NCBI GenBank assembly: GCA_013695435.1
Contig: JACDAM010000060.1
Span: 1 to 48,019, forward strand
Direction: 5' to 3'
Source of the DNA: Burkholderiales bacterium
Lineage (GTDB): Bacteria; Pseudomonadota; Gammaproteobacteria; Burkholderiales; JACMKV01
DNA length: 48,019 nt
Of this stretch, positions 21,298 through 31,941 are shown in pieces. Below the pieces are notes generated by a model. The model made no database searches, was not told where the DNA came from, and saw only the letters and a program-made list of their open reading frames with translations. The position numbers and the translations under genes were made by a program. How positions within the stretch are numbered: position 1 is the first letter of the stretch; every line of letters begins with the position of its first letter.

Positions 21298-22397
21298 GAG
21301 TCAAACCTCCGCATGGCCAGCCCGCACGCAACCATCAACGAGGGTGCATCGCCGGCGAGATGACGTGGTCTGATCTTCGACGATAAAGCCATGTTGGTGA
21401 ACGGATTGGCAATTCCGGTCCTGATTTGCGTATGCTCGGCGACCAGCACATCGAGCCCGGGAATCGCCGCGCATCCGCCAGCCAAGAACAAATGATGGAC
21501 CTGGGTGAACTGTGTCGAGGTATAAAAGAACTGCAGTGCCCGCGCAACTTCGGTCGCAACACGTTCCATGAACGGACGCAGTACGTCGGACTCGTAATTC
21601 TGCGGCAGTCCGCTGTTGCGCTTCGCCGCTTCGGCCTCATCCGCCGACAATCCAAAATGCTGACGAATATCATGGGTCAGCGCGTTGCCTCCGAATGGCT
21701 GTTCGCGCAGATAAACCGACTGGCGGTTGCGGACAACATTGATCGTGGTCATGGCGGCGCCAATATCAACGACCGCGATCAGTTGATCTTTACCCTGGTT
21801 CGGAAGATGAACATCGATTAATTCGAAAGCAGTCTGGGTTGCGAACTGCTCGACGTCCATGACCACTGCTTTTAGTCCAGCGCCCTCGACTGCGGCAATG
21901 CGGTCCTCCACTTTTTCCTTGCGCGAGGCGGCGATCAGAACTTCGACGTCTTCGTTGCTGCCTGCCAGCGGCCCGAGCACCTGAAAATCCAGATTGACCT
22001 CATCAAGCGGGAACGGGATGTGTTGATTGGCCTCGGTCTCGACCTGCATTTCCAGTTCATCCTCGCGCAGTCCGGCGGGAACGATGATCTTTTTCGTAAT
22101 CACAGCAGTCGAAGGCAAGGCGAGTGCCAGATTTTTTACGCGAGCGCCCATGCGCTTCCAGCCGCGCTTGAGGGCTTCGGTAACGGCCTCGAGGTTGGCC
22201 ACATTGCCGTCCACCACAGCGTCGGCAGGAAGCGGCTCGATCGCATAGCGCTCGATTCGATACAGCTTGCCGGCGCTGCTTAATTCGACCATCTTCACGG
22301 ACGACGAGCTGATATCGGCACCCAGCAGATTCTCCGATGGACCCGACATCAAGTTATGTAGCAAGGCAAATTTGAATTTAAATTTCTCTTTCATCAT
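21294..22397 (-). CDS. pilM: Type IV pilus assembly ATPase-fold protein PilM.
   Basis: Actin-like fold motifs (LLGADISSSSVKMVEL, VVDIGAAMTT). Divergent from ponA, which is the usual arrangement. Confidence 0.92.
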   Translation of the reverse strand: MMKEKFKFKFALLHNLMSGPSENLLGADISSSSVKMVELSSAGKLYRIERYAIEPLPADAVVDGNVANLEAVTEALKRGWKRMGARVKNLALALPSTAVITKKIIVPAGLREDELEMQVETEANQHIPFPLDEVNLDFQVLGPLAGSNEDVEVLIAASRKEKVEDRIAAVEGAGLKAVVMDVEQFATQTAFELIDVHLPNQGKDQLIAVVDIGAAMTTINVVRNRQSVYLREQPFGGNALTHDIRQHFGLSADEAEAAKRNSGLPQNYESDVLRPFMERVATEVARALQFFYTSTQFTQVHHLFLAGGCAAIPGLDVLVAEHTQIRTGIANPFTNMALSSKIRPRHLAGDAPSLMVACGLAMRRFDS

Positions 22398-22720
22398 AAT
22401 TGGTTATGCGGTTATTTCACATAATTCACATTAAAGTATATTCACAAGATTAGGTAAAGTAAAGCTTTTGTGTGTACATTACAATTCTGTTCATTCCTGC
22501 TCATGCCTGAGCGCAAGCTTCATGCCCATTTGGCGGCTTTGCCTCATGTACGGAATTGTCCAAGGGAAACGTCAGGCGATCCCGGCGGCAGCCGCAAATC
22601 CGCACACCAGGATGCGGCAGTTTCTGACGGACTAAGGCAGCGCTCAGTGCCGCATGCGAGCGCGCCCTTGAAATACGGCCGCTGCAAGCACGCCTTTACA
22701 ACCACGGCGGCAACGGTGCG

Positions 22721-22726
22721 TATAAT
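22721..22726 (+). promoter_or_regulatory. Candidate -10 box (TATAAT) for ponA.
   Basis: Perfect TATAAT 45 nt upstream of the ponA ATG. The nearest -35-like hexamer, TTTACA (22695-22700), lies 20 nt away, which is too far for a standard sigma-70 spacer. Confidence 0.25.
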
Positions 22727-22770
22727 TAATCTGAGTCCCCGCAGCCACTCATCTGTTATAGGAATCAGCA

Positions 22771-25152
22771 ATGTCGCGTTGGTTAACTTACCCTTTGTTC
22801 TTCCTGCTTGGATTCGGTTTGCTGGGCGGCATCCTGCTTGGCTTTGCAGCCCTCATCGCTTATGCAAGTCTGCCGTCACTCGAGGCGCTGACGGATTACC
22901 AACCTAAGGTCCCGCTTCGGATTTACGACGCATCGAGCGAACTGATCGGCGAATTCGGCGAAGAACGGCGGGCGCTCGTGCAGATCAAGGACGTTCCGCT
23001 GGCGATGCGGCAAGCGATTATCGCCGCTGAGGATGAGCGTTTTTATGAGCACAGCGGCGTTGACTACGTCGGCGTGCTGCGCGCGACCTATGCCAATTTT
23101 ATGACGTCAGCAGCCCGCCAGGGCGCGAGCACGATCACCATGCAGGTCGCCCGCAACTTTTTCCTGACCAAGGAAAAGACTATGACGCGGAAGTTTAACG
23201 AGGCGTTGCTCGCATTCAAGATCGAACACAGCCTGAGCAAAGACGAAATCCTTCAACTCTATATAAACCAGATTTATCTCGGCCAACGCTCGTATGGCTT
23301 TGCCGCCGCGGCGCAGGTCTACTACGGCAAGAACCTCGATGAACTCAATCTGGCAGAAATCGCGACGCTCGCCGGCTTGCCGAAAGCGCCTTCGCGCTAC
23401 AATCCCGTGGTCAATCCAGAACGTGCAAAGCTGCGCCAGCAATACGTGTTGCGTCGTATGCGTGAACTGAATTTCATCACCGATGCGCAATTGCAGGATG
23501 CACAAAAGCGGGTGGCAAGAGCGAAAGACGAGAAACAGGAAGAGCGCCAGCGATTTTCAGTCAAGGCGCAGTATTTCGCCGAATTGGCACGCCAGGCGAT
23601 GGTAGAACGCTATGGCGATGAGGCTTACACCAAGGGTTTCAAGGTTTATACGACGCTCGATCCGGAGCACCACAAAGCCGCCTACGCCGCACTGCACAAG
23701 GGAGTGATGGAATACGACCGCAGGCACGGCTACCGCGGACCGGAAGCCTTCATGGAACTCCCAGCGCGCCCAACTGAGGAGGCGATGGAAGATGCTTTAC
23801 AGGATTACGTCGAGATCGGCGGCTTGCATCCGGCCCTAGTCCTGGCTGCCAACGCAAAAACGGTCAAGGCTTATCTGAAAGGCGGCGAAACCACGGAGAT
23901 CGCCGGCGAAGGCCTCAAGTTCGCGCAAAAAATGTTGGGCGACAAAGCGAAAGCCAATCAGCGGCTGCGTCGCGGCTCGGTGATACGCGTTCAACTGGTC
24001 GATAAGCAGCCGGAAAAGGAAAACGCTAAAAAAGACGCTGGCAAGCAATGGCAAATCAGCCAGTTGCCGGCAGTGGAAGCGGCGCTGGTGTCGATGGACC
24101 CAAAAAACGGCGCGATCCTGGCGCTGATCGGCGGTTTCGATTTCGACCGCAACAAGTTCAATCATGTGACGCAGGCATTTCGTCAGCCCGGCTCGAGTTT
24201 CAAACCGTTTATTTATTCGGCGGCGCTTGAGAAAGGCTTTACGCCGGCGACCGTCATCAACGATGCGCCGCTCGTCATCGATGCTGCGCAGACTGGCTCC
24301 GAACGCTGGGAGCCCAAGAATTTCGATAATGCTTACGCCGGCCCGATCCGTCTGCGCACCGCACTCGCCAAGTCCAAAAATCTTGTATCGATTCGCATCC
24401 TGCAGGCGATCGGACCGCAGTACGCACAGGATTACATTACGCGTTTCGGTTTCGATCCCAAGCTCCATCCGGCTTATCTGACGATGGCGCTGGGCGCCGG
24501 CATGGCAAGCCCGTTGCAAATGGCGACCGGTTACTCGGTCTTCGCCAATGGCGGCTTCCGCGTTCAGCCTTATTTCATCCAGCGCATCACCGACGCCAGC
24601 GGCACACTGATCGCCGAATCGAATCCGCCGATAGCTGGCGACGGCGCGGAAAGAGTGATCGATCCGCGCAACGCGTTTATCGTGAACAGCCTGATGCGCG
24701 ATGTGGTCAAGCTGGGGACGGGCATCCGCGCCATGCAGCTCGGGCGGACCGACCTCGCGGGCAAAACCGGCACGACCAATGATCACGTCGATGCCTGGTT
24801 CGCTGGTTTTCAACCTGGGTTGGTTGCGATCGCCTGGATAGGTTTCGATACGCCGCGCTCGCTGGGCGAGAAAGAAACGGGCTCGCAGGCGGCGTTGCCG
24901 ATCTGGATGAACTACATGGGCAAGGTCTTGAAAGACGTCCCCCAGGAAAAACCGCTGATTCCGGAGGGCATCGAGGACGTCATCATCAACCCGGATACGG
25001 GATTGCAGGATCCTACCCTGGCGACCGGCGGTGTAACCGAATATTTCTATCACGAAAACCTGCCGGCAATACGGGTGCCGCCACCGATCGAAATTCTGTC
25101 TGGTCCCAGTCCGTTCCGGCTGCGCGAGGACATTCACGACCAGTTGTTCTAG
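22771..25152 (+). CDS. mrcA: Penicillin-binding protein 1A (bifunctional transglycosylase/transpeptidase).
   Basis: 793 aa. GT51 motifs (AEDERFYEHSGVD, GASTITMQVARN), transpeptidase SxxK (PGSSFKP), and KTG (GKTGTTND). Confidence 0.95.
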   Translation: MSRWLTYPLFFLLGFGLLGGILLGFAALIAYASLPSLEALTDYQPKVPLRIYDASSELIGEFGEERRALVQIKDVPLAMRQAIIAAEDERFYEHSGVDYVGVLRATYANFMTSAARQGASTITMQVARNFFLTKEKTMTRKFNEALLAFKIEHSLSKDEILQLYINQIYLGQRSYGFAAAAQVYYGKNLDELNLAEIATLAGLPKAPSRYNPVVNPERAKLRQQYVLRRMRELNFITDAQLQDAQKRVARAKDEKQEERQRFSVKAQYFAELARQAMVERYGDEAYTKGFKVYTTLDPEHHKAAYAALHKGVMEYDRRHGYRGPEAFMELPARPTEEAMEDALQDYVEIGGLHPALVLAANAKTVKAYLKGGETTEIAGEGLKFAQKMLGDKAKANQRLRRGSVIRVQLVDKQPEKENAKKDAGKQWQISQLPAVEAALVSMDPKNGAILALIGGFDFDRNKFNHVTQAFRQPGSSFKPFIYSAALEKGFTPATVINDAPLVIDAAQTGSERWEPKNFDNAYAGPIRLRTALAKSKNLVSIRILQAIGPQYAQDYITRFGFDPKLHPAYLTMALGAGMASPLQMATGYSVFANGGFRVQPYFIQRITDASGTLIAESNPPIAGDGAERVIDPRNAFIVNSLMRDVVKLGTGIRAMQLGRTDLAGKTGTTNDHVDAWFAGFQPGLVAIAWIGFDTPRSLGEKETGSQAALPIWMNYMGKVLKDVPQEKPLIPEGIEDVIINPDTGLQDPTLATGGVTEYFYHENLPAIRVPPPIEILSGPSPFRLREDIHDQLF

Positions 25153-25205
25153 CAGTCACGGGTGCCGCACGGGCGATATTGACGCCCGCGGACTTTTTTG
25201 CTGCG

Positions 25206-26857
<1,652 letters not shown>

Positions 26858-26885
26858 TTAAAAAATTTGAACTTATCGAAAATAA

Positions 26886-27011
26886 GGCCGTCTGAATAAA
26901 CAGACGATGTTCATCATCGTCTCCCGCTTCTCCTCCCTGAGCGGGTGCCTTAATCTTTATTAAGGCGTTTTGCCCCCGGTTTACTCCCCTTTAACCGGGG
27001 GTTTTTGTTTT
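26886..27011 (+). ncRNA. Candidate small regulatory RNA: multi-hairpin, two C/U-rich anti-SD-like loops, intrinsic terminator.
   Basis: Plus-strand hairpins are: cgtctg/cagacg (26889-26906); agacgatg/catcgtct (26902-26922); cccgct/agcggg (26923-26945) with loop UCUCCUCCCUG; ccttaat/attaagg (26948-26965); and cccccggtt/aaccggggg (26973-27001) with loop UACUCCCCUUU, followed by TTTTTGTTTT. No coding potential. The terminator only works in the plus orientation, and no plus-strand gene lies upstream of it. I could not identify a promoter. Confidence 0.4.
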
Positions 27012-27644
27012 CATGATTGCAGGCGCCAACGTTGTTGCCGCCTGCAATTCTTTTATGCCCAGCCACTGCGCTGCCACCTGCTCGACAAGCTGTACACCAG
27101 TCTTGGCGAGGCTTGAGAAGAGCTGCGCAGTGCAATTTTGGTAAGTGCTTGCTAACGAGTGCTGCACGGAACTCAGCGTGTTGTGTGCCTGATTGCGGCT
27201 TAGCTTATCGGCCTTTGTCAGCAGCACGTGCACAGGCTTGCCGGTCGGCACGAACCAGGAGAGCATTTTCTGATCGAGGACTGTCATCGGATGGCGGGCG
27301 TCCATGATCAGCACCAAGCCATTAAGGCAGGCGCGTGTTTGCAGGTAAGTCCCGAGCAGATGTTCCCAGTGAGCGCGCATCCCGGCTGGCACTTTGGCAT
27401 AGCCATACCCCGGTAAATCGACGAGATAACGATCTTCACCAAGGCTGAAGTAGTTGATATGCTGGGTCCGACCCGGCGTTTTGCTGACGAAGGCCAGCCG
27501 ATTGTGATCGGCAAGCGTGTTGATGGCGCTCGATTTCCCGGCGTTAGACCGGCCCGCGAACGCGATTTCGACGCCGTCGTGGCGCGGCAGGCTCGCCAAA
27601 TCATTGACCGTCGTAAAAAACGTGGCTTGTCTGAACACGGACAT
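26991..27644 (-). CDS. engB: Ribosome-biogenesis GTPase EngB/YihA.
   Basis: G1 motif [12 protein letters not shown], then DLPGYGYA and TKADK. 217 aa. The stop codon lies inside the loop of the 26973-27001 hairpin. Confidence 0.93.
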   Translation of the reverse strand: MSVFRQATFFTTVNDLASLPRHDGVEIAFAGRSNAGKSSAINTLADHNRLAFVSKTPGRTQHINYFSLGEDRYLVDLPGYGYAKVPAGMRAHWEHLLGTYLQTRACLNGLVLIMDARHPMTVLDQKMLSWFVPTGKPVHVLLTKADKLSRNQAHNTLSSVQHSLASTYQNCTAQLFSSLAKTGVQLVEQVAAQWLGIKELQAATTLAPAIMKTKTPG

Positions 27645-27738
27645 GCGAAAGTGGTCAATGCTGAGTGGCTTACTGGCGTGATGGTTGGGAATTGCTTAGA
27701 ATAACGCGTTTCTTATTGATTATACGACCCTAAACTCG

Positions 27739-28398
27739 ATGGCAATACCACAAATCGCGCGCCGCATTCCGAACATGGCATTCGCGAACATGGCATTCGT
27801 TTTCGCCTTCGCCGCCAGCGTGGTCCATGCGCAGAACGTTCCGGACGGTAAACCTGCGGAACCCGCTAAAGCGCCGCAGGCCGCAGCCCAGGTTTGCGCG
27901 ACGTGCCATGGCGCCGATGGCAATAGCGTGACGCCGATCTATCCGAGTCTTGCCGGTCAGCATCGCGCTTATATCCTGAAACAACTGCAGGAATTCAAAT
28001 CCGGCGAGCGCAAAAATCCGATCATGAGCCCAATTGCGGCTGCCCTGTCGCCGGAGGAAATAAAAAGCTGGGCGGATTTTTTCAGCAAGCAAGAGCCCAA
28101 ACCGCAACCCGCCCATAATAAGGCACTGGTCGCGGCAGGCCAGAAGCTGTATCGCGGCGGCAATTCGGCAAGCGGCATCCCGGCCTGCGCCGCTTGTCAT
28201 TCCCCGAACGGCGCTGGCATTCCTGCGCAATATCCGCGGCTTGCAGGGCAACACGGGCTCTATACCGCAGCGCAATTACGCGCATTCCGTTCGGAAGAAC
28301 GCGCCAACGATGCGAACCGGGTGATGCGGACGATCGCCGCGAAAATGACCGAGCAGGAAATGAAAGCGGTGGCCGAATATAGCCAAGGTTTGCGCTGA
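27739..28398 (+). CDS. Dihaem cytochrome c4.
   Basis: Two CxxCH motifs (CATCHG, CAACHS), each followed by a Met ligand region, plus a signal peptide ending VVHA-QN. Divergent from engB, as in many proteobacteria. Confidence 0.9.
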   Translation: MAIPQIARRIPNMAFANMAFVFAFAASVVHAQNVPDGKPAEPAKAPQAAAQVCATCHGADGNSVTPIYPSLAGQHRAYILKQLQEFKSGERKNPIMSPIAAALSPEEIKSWADFFSKQEPKPQPAHNKALVAAGQKLYRGGNSASGIPACAACHSPNGAGIPAQYPRLAGQHGLYTAAQLRAFRSEERANDANRVMRTIAAKMTEQEMKAVAEYSQGLR

Positions 28399-28439
28399 AC
28401 CTATCCTGAAGCTATCCTGATCTCGAATATCGATTCACG

Positions 28440-29120
28440 CCGGCGCGGGCACCGCGTGAAATCGGAGGTTTGTCCAGATCGCCGCTGATATGGACGTCCG
28501 ACCCGTAATAGCCGATGTAACCGCGCCGTCCTTGACGCCGGCTTTTTTGAGCACGTCGCCGAGCGCACGCCGGTCCATTCCGGAAAGCCGATGCCGCCTG
28601 TCGTCCACTGGTTGCCCTTGTCTGGCGGGAAAAATTCGTTGTGGCCGTGACCTGCGCATTCCAGCGTGATGTGCTGCGTCACGGCTTTGAAATCCTTTTT
28701 CAGTCGGCGATGCTGAACTGCATAGCGTTTTTGGCCGACTCGCCGTCTATCTTCAGCAGCCACTGCGCCGGATCGAGACTGGCGCGATCGGGAACCAGCC
28801 CGTTATTGCGGATGAACAGAACTTCCAGCGGCGTGACGTCGGCATCGAGCAAGTACGCCCGGTTTTAGCGACAAATGGTTTGTCGCCGAGGACAATCAGA
28901 GCGGCGTTCTTGTCGTAGGCTTGAAGATCGGGCGCTTGCCCCAGCGCAACCGGAAGCAAACCCTCGGGGAAAAAACGGCCGAACGGAATATGCGCGCCGA
29001 TGGCAGCACTCATCGCCAGCAGTGAGCTTCGCTACAGAAATTCCTGCGCACCAGGGAAGTAGTATTTGCGGTCGCGGCAGACGGCTGCGCCAAAACTGTA
29101 TCGCGTAAATCGAGTTTCAT
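28440..29120 (-). pseudogene. Remnant of a Tat-exported sulfite-oxidase-family (SorA/SoxC-like) molybdopterin oxidoreductase. It is frameshifted and 3'-truncated.
   Basis: GGAGGA RBS and ATG at 29120. The gene can be rebuilt across 6 frame segments: MKLDLRDTVLAQPSAAATANTTSLVRRNF / (TAG) RSSLLAMSAAIGAHIPFGRFFPEGLLPVALGQAPDLQAYDKNAALIVLGDKPFVA.. / YLLDADVTPLEVLFIRNNGLVPDRASLDPAQWLLKIDGESAKNAMQFSIAD / KKDFKAVTQHITLECAGHGHNEFFPPDKGNQWTTGGIGFPEWTGVR / LGDVLKKAGVKDGAV / YIGYYGSDVHISGDLDKPPISRG. Homology stops there, about 50 nt from the cytochrome c4 stop, so the C-terminal half is absent. Confidence 0.7.
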
Positions 29121-29200
29121 TTCTTCCTCCAGATTTTACGCTCGGCCGATCGGTCGATTACGCGCCCTTGCTTTTGTTGCGGCAACACCGCGGCGAGGTG

Positions 29201-29445
29201 TCAAGCAGCAGCGGGTGCTGACAGCAGCCCAAGCGACGCGCCGATCCAGCCGAGCGCGGCGCAGGCGAATATCGTTGCGATCATGATGACGGCGTGCATT
29301 GCACTGCTCCGCTGGTCACGACTTTCATCACGGTCTGGAGTCCGATATAGAACACAGCGGTGCATCACGGCCAGCAAACAATCACCGACAGCAGCGGGTA
29401 CCGCGCCAGCTGCAACAGCAGCACCGCGTCGGCGAGCCATGACAT
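29201..29445 (-). pseudogene. Possible decayed small (about 80 aa) three-TM membrane protein.
   Basis: The GC3-rich frame from ATG 29445 reads MSWLADAVLLLQLARYPLLSVIVCWP, then an in-frame TGA (29365-29367), then CTAVFYIGLQTVMKVVTSGAVQ. A 1-nt shift leads into MHAVIMIATIFACAALGWIGASLGLLSAPAAA (29299-29201; GGAG lies 7 nt upstream of that ATG). Alternatively, only the last 32-aa peptide is a real gene. Confidence 0.3.
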
Positions 29446-29447
29446 GT

Positions 29448-30323
29448 TCAACCCTTTGCGTTCGCGTGCGCGCGTATGAATCTGGCGACATCGTCCAGTA
29501 CCGGCGCCCAATCGCGAAATGGCGAAGCGAGGGCGCCGACGATGCGCACGTGGCTGACATCGTCGTAAACGATATGCGTGACCTCGCCGCCCCGCTCACG
29601 CACGCGCGCCGCCAATCGGCTGCTGTTGCGCGGCCGTACCGTTTCGTCGGACGAGCCGTGCAATAGCAGCATTGGCGGCTCGTTACCTGATACGAAATTG
29701 ATCGGCTGCGTTTTTTCCAACCCTTGCGGCGTGTTGAAAATAGCCTTCAGAGTGTTGCTCGACAACGGCAGGAAATCGTACGGGCCGGCGAGGCCGATAA
29801 ATCCGTTCAAGGTTGCGGCATCGATACCTGCGTTTCGTAGAAAGCGGCCGTCGATCGCCAGCATCGCAGCGTTGTAGGCGCCGGACGAATGCCCCATCAG
29901 AAAAATCCGTTCCGGGTCGCCGCCATGGCTCGCAATATTGTCCTTGACCCATTTCACCGCGCGCGCCGAATCTTCGAGGAAAACGGGGAATCTAACTTCC
30001 GGATACAGGCGGTGATCGGGAACGACGGTTACGAAGCCGCGGGAAGTAAGCGCCTCAGCGACGAACAGGTACTCGCCGCGCGCACCGTGCTCCCAATTGC
30101 CGCCGTAGAAAAAAACCACTACCGGCGCGCCGGCCGGTTCACTGTCAGGCGTGTACACGTCTAGCTGATTGCGCGGCGCGTCGCCGTAATTTATATCGGC
30201 CGTTTTTTTGTAGCCGTCTTCGCTGATGACCAGATTCAGCAGCGCGATCGGCGAGCAGGCTGCGAGCGCGAGCAGCAACGGCAACAGCAGTAGCGTGCGG
30301 TATCTGCGGTAGAACTGCGTCAT
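29448..30323 (-). CDS. Alpha/beta-hydrolase lipoprotein (esterase/lipase, 'GGNW ... GHSSGA' type).
   Basis: Start at ATG 30323 gives a lipoprotein signal with lipobox LALAAC. Motifs: oxyanion region VVFFYGGNW, nucleophile elbow LMGHSSGA, C-terminal LLLHGSSDETV and DVSH. Confidence 0.85.
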   Translation of the reverse strand: MTQFYRRYRTLLLLPLLLALAACSPIALLNLVISEDGYKKTADINYGDAPRNQLDVYTPDSEPAGAPVVVFFYGGNWEHGARGEYLFVAEALTSRGFVTVVPDHRLYPEVRFPVFLEDSARAVKWVKDNIASHGGDPERIFLMGHSSGAYNAAMLAIDGRFLRNAGIDAATLNGFIGLAGPYDFLPLSSNTLKAIFNTPQGLEKTQPINFVSGNEPPMLLLHGSSDETVRPRNSSRLAARVRERGGEVTHIVYDDVSHVRIVGALASPFRDWAPVLDDVARFIRAHANAKG

Positions 30324-30486
30324 GACGATCGTATAGAGAATAGCTGGAAGTGATTCGGGCACAACAAGCGGGAAACTGCGCAGGCGGAGTTTACAGACGA
30401 GTCGCCGCAGGCGAAAAGCATCAGATCGAATCGCCACGGGCGAAGGGCATCTGACGACGAAATTGGCACAGGCGATGGGCATCCAC

Positions 30487-31941
30487 TCAGACCAGAAAAA
30501 TGCTCGCGAGGCCGAGGAATATGAAGAAGCCCATGCTGTCGGTCGTCGCCGTCAGCAAAACGCTGGATCCGATCGCCGGGTCGCGGCCCAGCTTATGCAT
30601 GAGGAGCGGAATAAAAATGCCGACCAGCGCGGCCAGCAGCAGATTCAGAAGCATCGCCGCCGACATCACGATGCCCAGCGACGCGCTGCCGTAAATGAAA
30701 AACGCGAACAAGCCGACCACGCTGCCCCAGACCACGCCGTTCAGCACGCTAATCGTCAATTCCTTCGCTATGAGCATGCGCGCGTTGCCGGCGTTGATCT
30801 GGCCGAGCGCCAGGCCGCGGACGATCAGGGTCGTCGTCTGGATGCCCGAGTTGCCGCCGATGCCGGCGATTATCGGCATCAGCGCAGCCAGCGCGACCAG
30901 TTTTTCGATGGTGCCTTCAAAAACGCCGATGACGCGCGAAGCGATGAATGCCGTGACCAGGTTGATGGCAAGCCAAAGCCAGCGGTTTTTCGCGCTGTTC
31001 CAGACCGATGAAAACAAATCCTCTTCTTCAAGCAGACCGGCCTGGCCGAGCACTTCGTTGTCGCGCTCTTCCCGGATGAAATCGACGACGGCGTCAACCG
31101 TCAGGCGGCCGACGAGTTTTTTGTCCGGGCCGACCACTGGAGCCGTCACCAGGTCGTAGCGCTCGAAGGCTTGGGCCGCCTCGCTCGCGTCGTCATCCGG
31201 ATCGAAGGTGACAACGTTGTCGTCCATGACGTCGGCCACCTCGACGTCCGGATCCTCCAGCAGCAGGCGCTTGATGGGCAGCACGCCGCGCAAGACGTTT
31301 TCGCGATCGACGACGAACAGCTTGTCGGTCTGATCGGGCAACTCGTTCAACTGGCGCAGGTAGCGCAGCACGACTTCGAGCGTGACCTCCGACCGCACCG
31401 CGACCATGTCGAAATCCATCAAGCTGCCGACCTTATCGTCGGGATACGACAGCGCCGATTGCAAGCGCGCGCGGTTCTGCGCATCGAGCGACAGCAGCAG
31501 ATCGGTAATGACGTCGCGCGGCAGGTCGGGCGCCAGATCGGCGATTTCGTCGCTGTCCAGGGTTTCGGCCGCGGCCAGCAATTCGGCCGAATCCATGCTT
31601 GCGATCAGCGTTTCGCGAACGGCGTCGGAAGTTTCCAGCAGAATCTCGCCGTCGCGCTCGGCCTTGACCAGCTCCCAGACGACCAGACGCTGATTCAGCG
31701 GCAGCGCCTGCAGCACGTAGGCGACGTCCGCCGGGTGCATGCGGTCAAGCCGGTTCTGCAACGGCGCCACATTTTCGCGATGCGCCAGCGATGAGATCAG
31801 TTCCGGACGCGGTTTGTCGTTGCGGCGCTCCAGTTCCTCGACGAGTTCGAGCCGATGCAGCAGGCGCACGACCTGCTCGAGGCTTTCCTGCACGTTTTCG
31901 GCGCGCTTGACTTCGCGCGGTTTTTTGCGGATTTCTTCCAT
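30487..31941 (-). CDS. mgtE: Magnesium transporter MgtE.
   Basis: 484 aa. MgtE N-domain, CBS pair (VAVRSEVTLEVVLRYL..., VVTFDPDDDASEAAQAFERYDLVTAPVV) and a C-terminal 5-TM MgtE channel domain (GIGGNSGIQT). Confidence 0.93.
   Translation of the reverse strand: MEEIRKKPREVKRAENVQESLEQVVRLLHRLELVEELERRNDKPRPELISSLAHRENVAPLQNRLDRMHPADVAYVLQALPLNQRLVVWELVKAERDGEILLETSDAVRETLIASMDSAELLAAAETLDSDEIADLAPDLPRDVITDLLLSLDAQNRARLQSALSYPDDKVGSLMDFDMVAVRSEVTLEVVLRYLRQLNELPDQTDKLFVVDRENVLRGVLPIKRLLLEDPDVEVADVMDDNVVTFDPDDDASEAAQAFERYDLVTAPVVGPDKKLVGRLTVDAVVDFIREERDNEVLGQAGLLEEEDLFSSVWNSAKNRWLWLAINLVTAFIASRVIGVFEGTIEKLVALAALMPIIAGIGGNSGIQTTTLIVRGLALGQINAGNARMLIAKELTISVLNGVVWGSVVGLFAFFIYGSASLGIVMSAAMLLNLLLAALVGIFIPLLMHKLGRDPAIGSSVLLTATTDSMGFFIFLGLASIFLV

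Noticed and set aside
19542-22397. The 4-nt ATGA start/stop overlaps at all four pilM-N-O-P-Q junctions as something unusual.
   Set aside because: This is the normal translationally coupled organisation of the pilMNOPQ operon, so I did not list it as a finding.
29365-29367. An in-frame TGA in the small membrane-protein frame read as selenocysteine or read-through (it is flanked by Cys codons).
   Set aside because: There is no SECIS-like hairpin immediately downstream. The same ORF also carries a frameshift and sits next to a heavily decayed gene, so pseudogenisation is more parsimonious.
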